Source of the DNA: Candidatus Acidiferrales bacterium
Lineage (GTDB): Bacteria > Acidobacteriota > Terriglobia > Acidiferrales > UBA7541
Direction: 5' to 3'
DNA length: 27,796 nucleotides
NCBI GenBank assembly: GCA_036004385.1
Contig: DASYRO010000402.1
Span: 1-27,796 of the forward strand
Shown: positions 25,240 through 27,796 of the stretch, one piece after another
How the letters are laid out: each line of letters starts with the position of its first letter
Numbering within the stretch: position 1 is the stretch's first letter
Translations under genes and position numbers: made by a program
The notes under the pieces: generated by a model
The model's input: only the letters and a program-made list of their open reading frames with translations
Database searches by the model: none
Told to the model about the DNA's origin: nothing

Positions 25240-25282
25240 GGAGGGTAGCGCCTTCGGCGCAAATCCGTCGGCGCTACTCTCC
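25240..25282. terminator. Hairpin between convergent cupin and yjbQ genes (GTAG-footed palindrome)
   Basis: GGAGGGTAGCGCC-N17-GGCGCTACTCTCC 13-bp stem (one G:U) followed by TAATATTTTT; overlaps the yjbQ stop. Confidence 0.6.
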
Positions 25283-25687
25283 TAATATTTTTACTTGAAT
25301 GCGCCGGGGGCGCTGGCCGTCGAATTCAGCGAAGAAAATTTGCTGCCAGGGGCCGAGTTCGAGATGGCCCTGCGAAAAGCCGACCGTGGCCTGGTGATTG
25401 AGCAGCAGAGTCTGTAGATGCGCGGCGGCGTTGCTCTCGAATTTTCTGCCGTGCTTGTAGTCGTCGCGCTCCGGCGCGAGCTGGTTGGCCCACGCGGAAA
25501 TGTCCTCAAGCAAGCCGGGCTCTTCATCGTTGACGAACACGCCGCAGTTGACGTGCAGCGCCGTCACGATGAGGATGCCATCCTGGAAGCCGCTTTTGTC
25601 CACAGCGGCGCGCACGCGCGGGGTGATGTTCACCAGCTCGCGCTTCTCCTTCGTGGTCATCTCGATGATTTCCGTATAAAGCTTCAT
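25274..25687 (-). CDS. yjbQ: YjbQ/UPF0047 family protein (secondary thiamine-phosphate synthase family)
   Basis: GGGAG RBS, ATG 25687. ELVNIT..V, HVNCGVFVNDEEPGLLED, YKH...SNAAAHL, LELGPWQQIFFAEFDGQRPR. Confidence 0.93.
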   Translation of the reverse strand: MKLYTEIIEMTTKEKRELVNITPRVRAAVDKSGFQDGILIVTALHVNCGVFVNDEEPGLLEDISAWANQLAPERDDYKHGRKFESNAAAHLQTLLLNHQATVGFSQGHLELGPWQQIFFAEFDGQRPRRIQVKILGE

Positions 25688-25701
25688 TCTTGCTCCCGTC
25701 G

Positions 25702-25722
25702 GTAACGCCGCCATCCTGGCGG
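25702..25722 (+). repeat. REP-like element (GTAA foot)
   Basis: GTAACG-CCGCC-ATCCT-GGCGG; same foot + 5-bp stem + 5-nt loop geometry as the other copies. Confidence 0.5.
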
Positions 25723-25854
25723 TGCCTTTGACGTCTAAGGAACCGGCCCTTCGATTCACTCAGGACGAGCTGGAAGCCCGCGTTAGAACTCCCGCGAACT
25801 CCAGCAACAGATTGTCCAGTGGGTGGAAAACTTGCGCCGCGCGTCTGCGCTGGC

Positions 25855-26031
25855 TCAGCCTTTATGGCATTTCGGGCAATGCTTGGCCGCGAAGTCGTCC
25901 GGGTTAACCTCGAACATGTAATTACAACTGATGCAGACGCGATGAATTTTCTTTTTCGGCGTCGTGCCGGGCTTGGGTGCTTCGGTCTTGGATTCCGTTG
26001 CGTGCGTTTCGGTCATGGTTTTTTCCGTCAT
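25855..26031 (-). CDS. 58-aa zinc-ribbon-like microprotein (CxxC-x15-CxxC)
   Basis: MTEKTMTETHATESKTEAPKPGTTPKKKIHRVCISCNYMFEVNPDDFAAKHCPKCHKG*; GGAGAG RBS; below the ORF-track length cutoff. Confidence 0.82.
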   Translation of the reverse strand: MTEKTMTETHATESKTEAPKPGTTPKKKIHRVCISCNYMFEVNPDDFAAKHCPKCHKG

Positions 26032-26047
26032 TTGTCTCTCTCCAGCA

Positions 26048-26056
26048 ATTCTACCA
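26048..26056 (-). promoter_or_regulatory. Putative extended -10 promoter of the zinc-ribbon gene
   Basis: TG-G-TAGAAT, followed at TSS-compatible distance by GGAGAGAGACAA-ATG. Confidence 0.45.
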
Positions 26057-26077
26057 GCGGGGTCCAGAGCATTCCAT

Positions 26078-27385
26078 TTACTGAAGGCTTCTCACGTCTT
26101 TGGCGGCGAGCGCGATACCGGCCATCAGCACCAGAGCCACGCCGCACGAAACTCCCATTGCCAAGGGCGCGCCCCACTGCTCGGCGAGCGTGCCGATCAG
26201 CAGGCTCCCCACCGGCGTAAATCCAAGGAAGGCCATGGTGTGCATGCTCAGGACGCGGCCGCGGATCTGGTTGGGCACAAGAGTCTGGATCAGGCTGTTG
26301 ATGGTGGCGACGGAATTAACCACGGCGGCGCCGGCCACCGCCAGCAGCGCCATGCTCAGCAGCATATTGCGGCTGAAGCAGAACAGCACCAGCGCCAGAA
26401 AAAACGTCACTCCCGCGCCCAGCACGAGCGGCCCGCGCCGGTGGTGAGCTTTTCTCGACGCCAGGTGGATGCCGCCGAGAAACGCGCCGAATCCAGCCGC
26501 CCCCATCAGGTATCCCAACCCTTTGGCGCCTACGTTGAGCACGTTTTTCGCAAACGCCGGCATCATCACCAGGTAGGGCAGGCCAAACAGGCTAACCATG
26601 GCCACGATGATGATGAGCAGAAGAATCCTCCGGTGCGTCCAGACGTAGCGGAAGCCCTCGGCCAGCTCTTCGCGCATGGAGTTGCGCTCGCGCTCCTGGT
26701 GTGCGGGAAAGCGCGTCCGGCCGATGACCAGAAGCAAGGGCACATAACTCAGCGCGTTCATATAGAAGCAGACCTCGATGGGGAAGCCGGCAATGGCGAA
26801 ACCCGCCAGCGACGGCCCAACCACGCGCGACATGTTGAACTGGATGGAATTCAGCGCGATGGCATTCAGTGTGTCTTCTTCTTCCACCAGATCGCGCACC
26901 GCCGCCTGGTAGCTCGGCGCGTTCAGCGCCATCGTAGTGCCCGCGAAAAACGCAATCACCGCGATTTTTTCCACGGTGATCAATTTCATCGATACGAGCA
27001 CCGCCAACAGCAGCGCCAGCAGCGTCATAGCGGTCTGCGTGGCCAGCAGCACTTTTCGCCGCGTCGCGCGGTCGGCAATCACTCCGCCGGGCAGAGAAAA
27101 AATCAGCGCGGGCATTTGCTGCGCGAATCCCACGAAGCCCAGCCAGAAGGGAGAGTTCGTCAGCAGCAGCACCAGCCAGCCCTGCGCAACGTTCTGCATC
27201 CACGAGCCAATGTTAGAGACGAAGTTGCCAGCCCAAAACACCCGGAATTCCACGTGCCGCAGCGCACGAAACCATCCGCGCCCCGGCGCCAGCAACATCC
27301 CCATGGGAAACCGCGCCGTGCTGGCCGGCGCGACTCCGGGAGCGACAGGCGGTATTTCTGGCGGGACTTCAGGAGGGACGCCCAT
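26078..27385 (-). CDS. MFS transporter (DHA3/EntS-like, MFS_3)
   Basis: FRVFWAGNFVSNIGSWMQNVAQGWLV; GGVIADRATRRKV motif A; ~12 hydrophobic segments. ATG 27385 follows the upstream TAG by 1 nt. Confidence 0.93.
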   Translation of the reverse strand: MGVPPEVPPEIPPVAPGVAPASTARFPMGMLLAPGRGWFRALRHVEFRVFWAGNFVSNIGSWMQNVAQGWLVLLLTNSPFWLGFVGFAQQMPALIFSLPGGVIADRATRRKVLLATQTAMTLLALLLAVLVSMKLITVEKIAVIAFFAGTTMALNAPSYQAAVRDLVEEEDTLNAIALNSIQFNMSRVVGPSLAGFAIAGFPIEVCFYMNALSYVPLLLVIGRTRFPAHQERERNSMREELAEGFRYVWTHRRILLLIIIVAMVSLFGLPYLVMMPAFAKNVLNVGAKGLGYLMGAAGFGAFLGGIHLASRKAHHRRGPLVLGAGVTFFLALVLFCFSRNMLLSMALLAVAGAAVVNSVATINSLIQTLVPNQIRGRVLSMHTMAFLGFTPVGSLLIGTLAEQWGAPLAMGVSCGVALVLMAGIALAAKDVRSLQ

Positions 27386-27386
27386 G

Positions 27387-27728
27387 CTAGGCGGCCAGCC
27401 CTTTGAGCAGGGATTCCACATGGGCGACGACGTCGCCCACGGTGACGGGCCGCGAGAGCGCGGCGGCCGCCCACGGCGGTGCAGATGCTCCGGCCGAAGT
27501 GACCACCAGCACAGGCACGCGCTTCGCCAGCGGTTCGAGCTGTGCCACCTCGCCTCGCAGGAACGTTAGATCCAGCACAATCGTGGAGGGCATCGCGCCC
27601 GCGGCGATGGCCCGCGCGGCCTCATCTGCGGTTTCCATGCCCAGCGCTTCCACGCCGTGTTCGCGCAGCTCCGCGCGCACCAGACTGCGCAAGTTCCAAT
27701 CTTCTCCGATTACAAAGACGGTTGGCAT
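27387..27728 (-). CDS. Single-domain receiver (REC-like) protein, atypical
   Basis: TVFVIGED...STIVLDL...VPVLVVTS...LSRPVT: Asp and Thr/Ser kept, Lys replaced by Arg. Start 27728 (27740 also possible). Confidence 0.72.
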   Translation of the reverse strand: MPTVFVIGEDWNLRSLVRAELREHGVEALGMETADEAARAIAAGAMPSTIVLDLTFLRGEVAQLEPLAKRVPVLVVTSAGASAPPWAAAALSRPVTVGDVVAHVESLLKGLAA

Positions 27729-27774
27729 TTCGACGCACATCCCGCTGTAATTCGTTCGTGCATCCCCGCCGCTC

Positions 27775-27783
27775 AGTATAGCA
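27775..27783 (-). promoter_or_regulatory. Putative extended -10 promoter of the REC-like/MFS operon
   Basis: TG-C-TATACT on the minus strand ~45 nt upstream of ATG 27728. Confidence 0.45.
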
Positions 27784-27796
27784 TCCACTGGAACGA

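Overview
High-GC bacterial chromosomal segment. Gene content and style suggest Acidobacteriota, which is an inference. It holds about 22 protein genes and no rRNA, tRNA, CRISPR array, integrase or transposase. The left two-thirds is a dense signalling neighbourhood mixed with envelope genes. Signalling genes: a TM-GAF-GGDEF-histidine kinase fusion, a broken TM/HD-GYP gene, a REC-HD-GYP phosphodiesterase, a sigma54 activator with a sigma54 promoter directly upstream, a GAF-PAS hybrid kinase, a REC-like/HisKA-only protein and two coupled SpoIIE/PP2C phosphatases. Envelope genes: a barrel-PKD-OmpA protein, a BNR/VPS10-repeat protein and two VirB10/TrbI-like glycine-zipper proteins. The right third has an alpha/beta hydrolase, a NatAB-like ABC exporter with two permeases, a DUF433/DUF5615 toxin-antitoxin pair, a cupin, yjbQ, an MFS transporter and an atypical receiver. 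Features missing from the ORF track: a 58-aa CxxC-x15-CxxC microprotein, a 26-30-aa hydrophobic peptide just upstream of the hybrid kinase, a GAF domain 87% identical between the GGDEF-kinase and one phosphatase, and GTAG-footed REP-like palindromes, two of which supply the stop codons of three genes. All alignments and motif calls were made by eye; no database searches were run.
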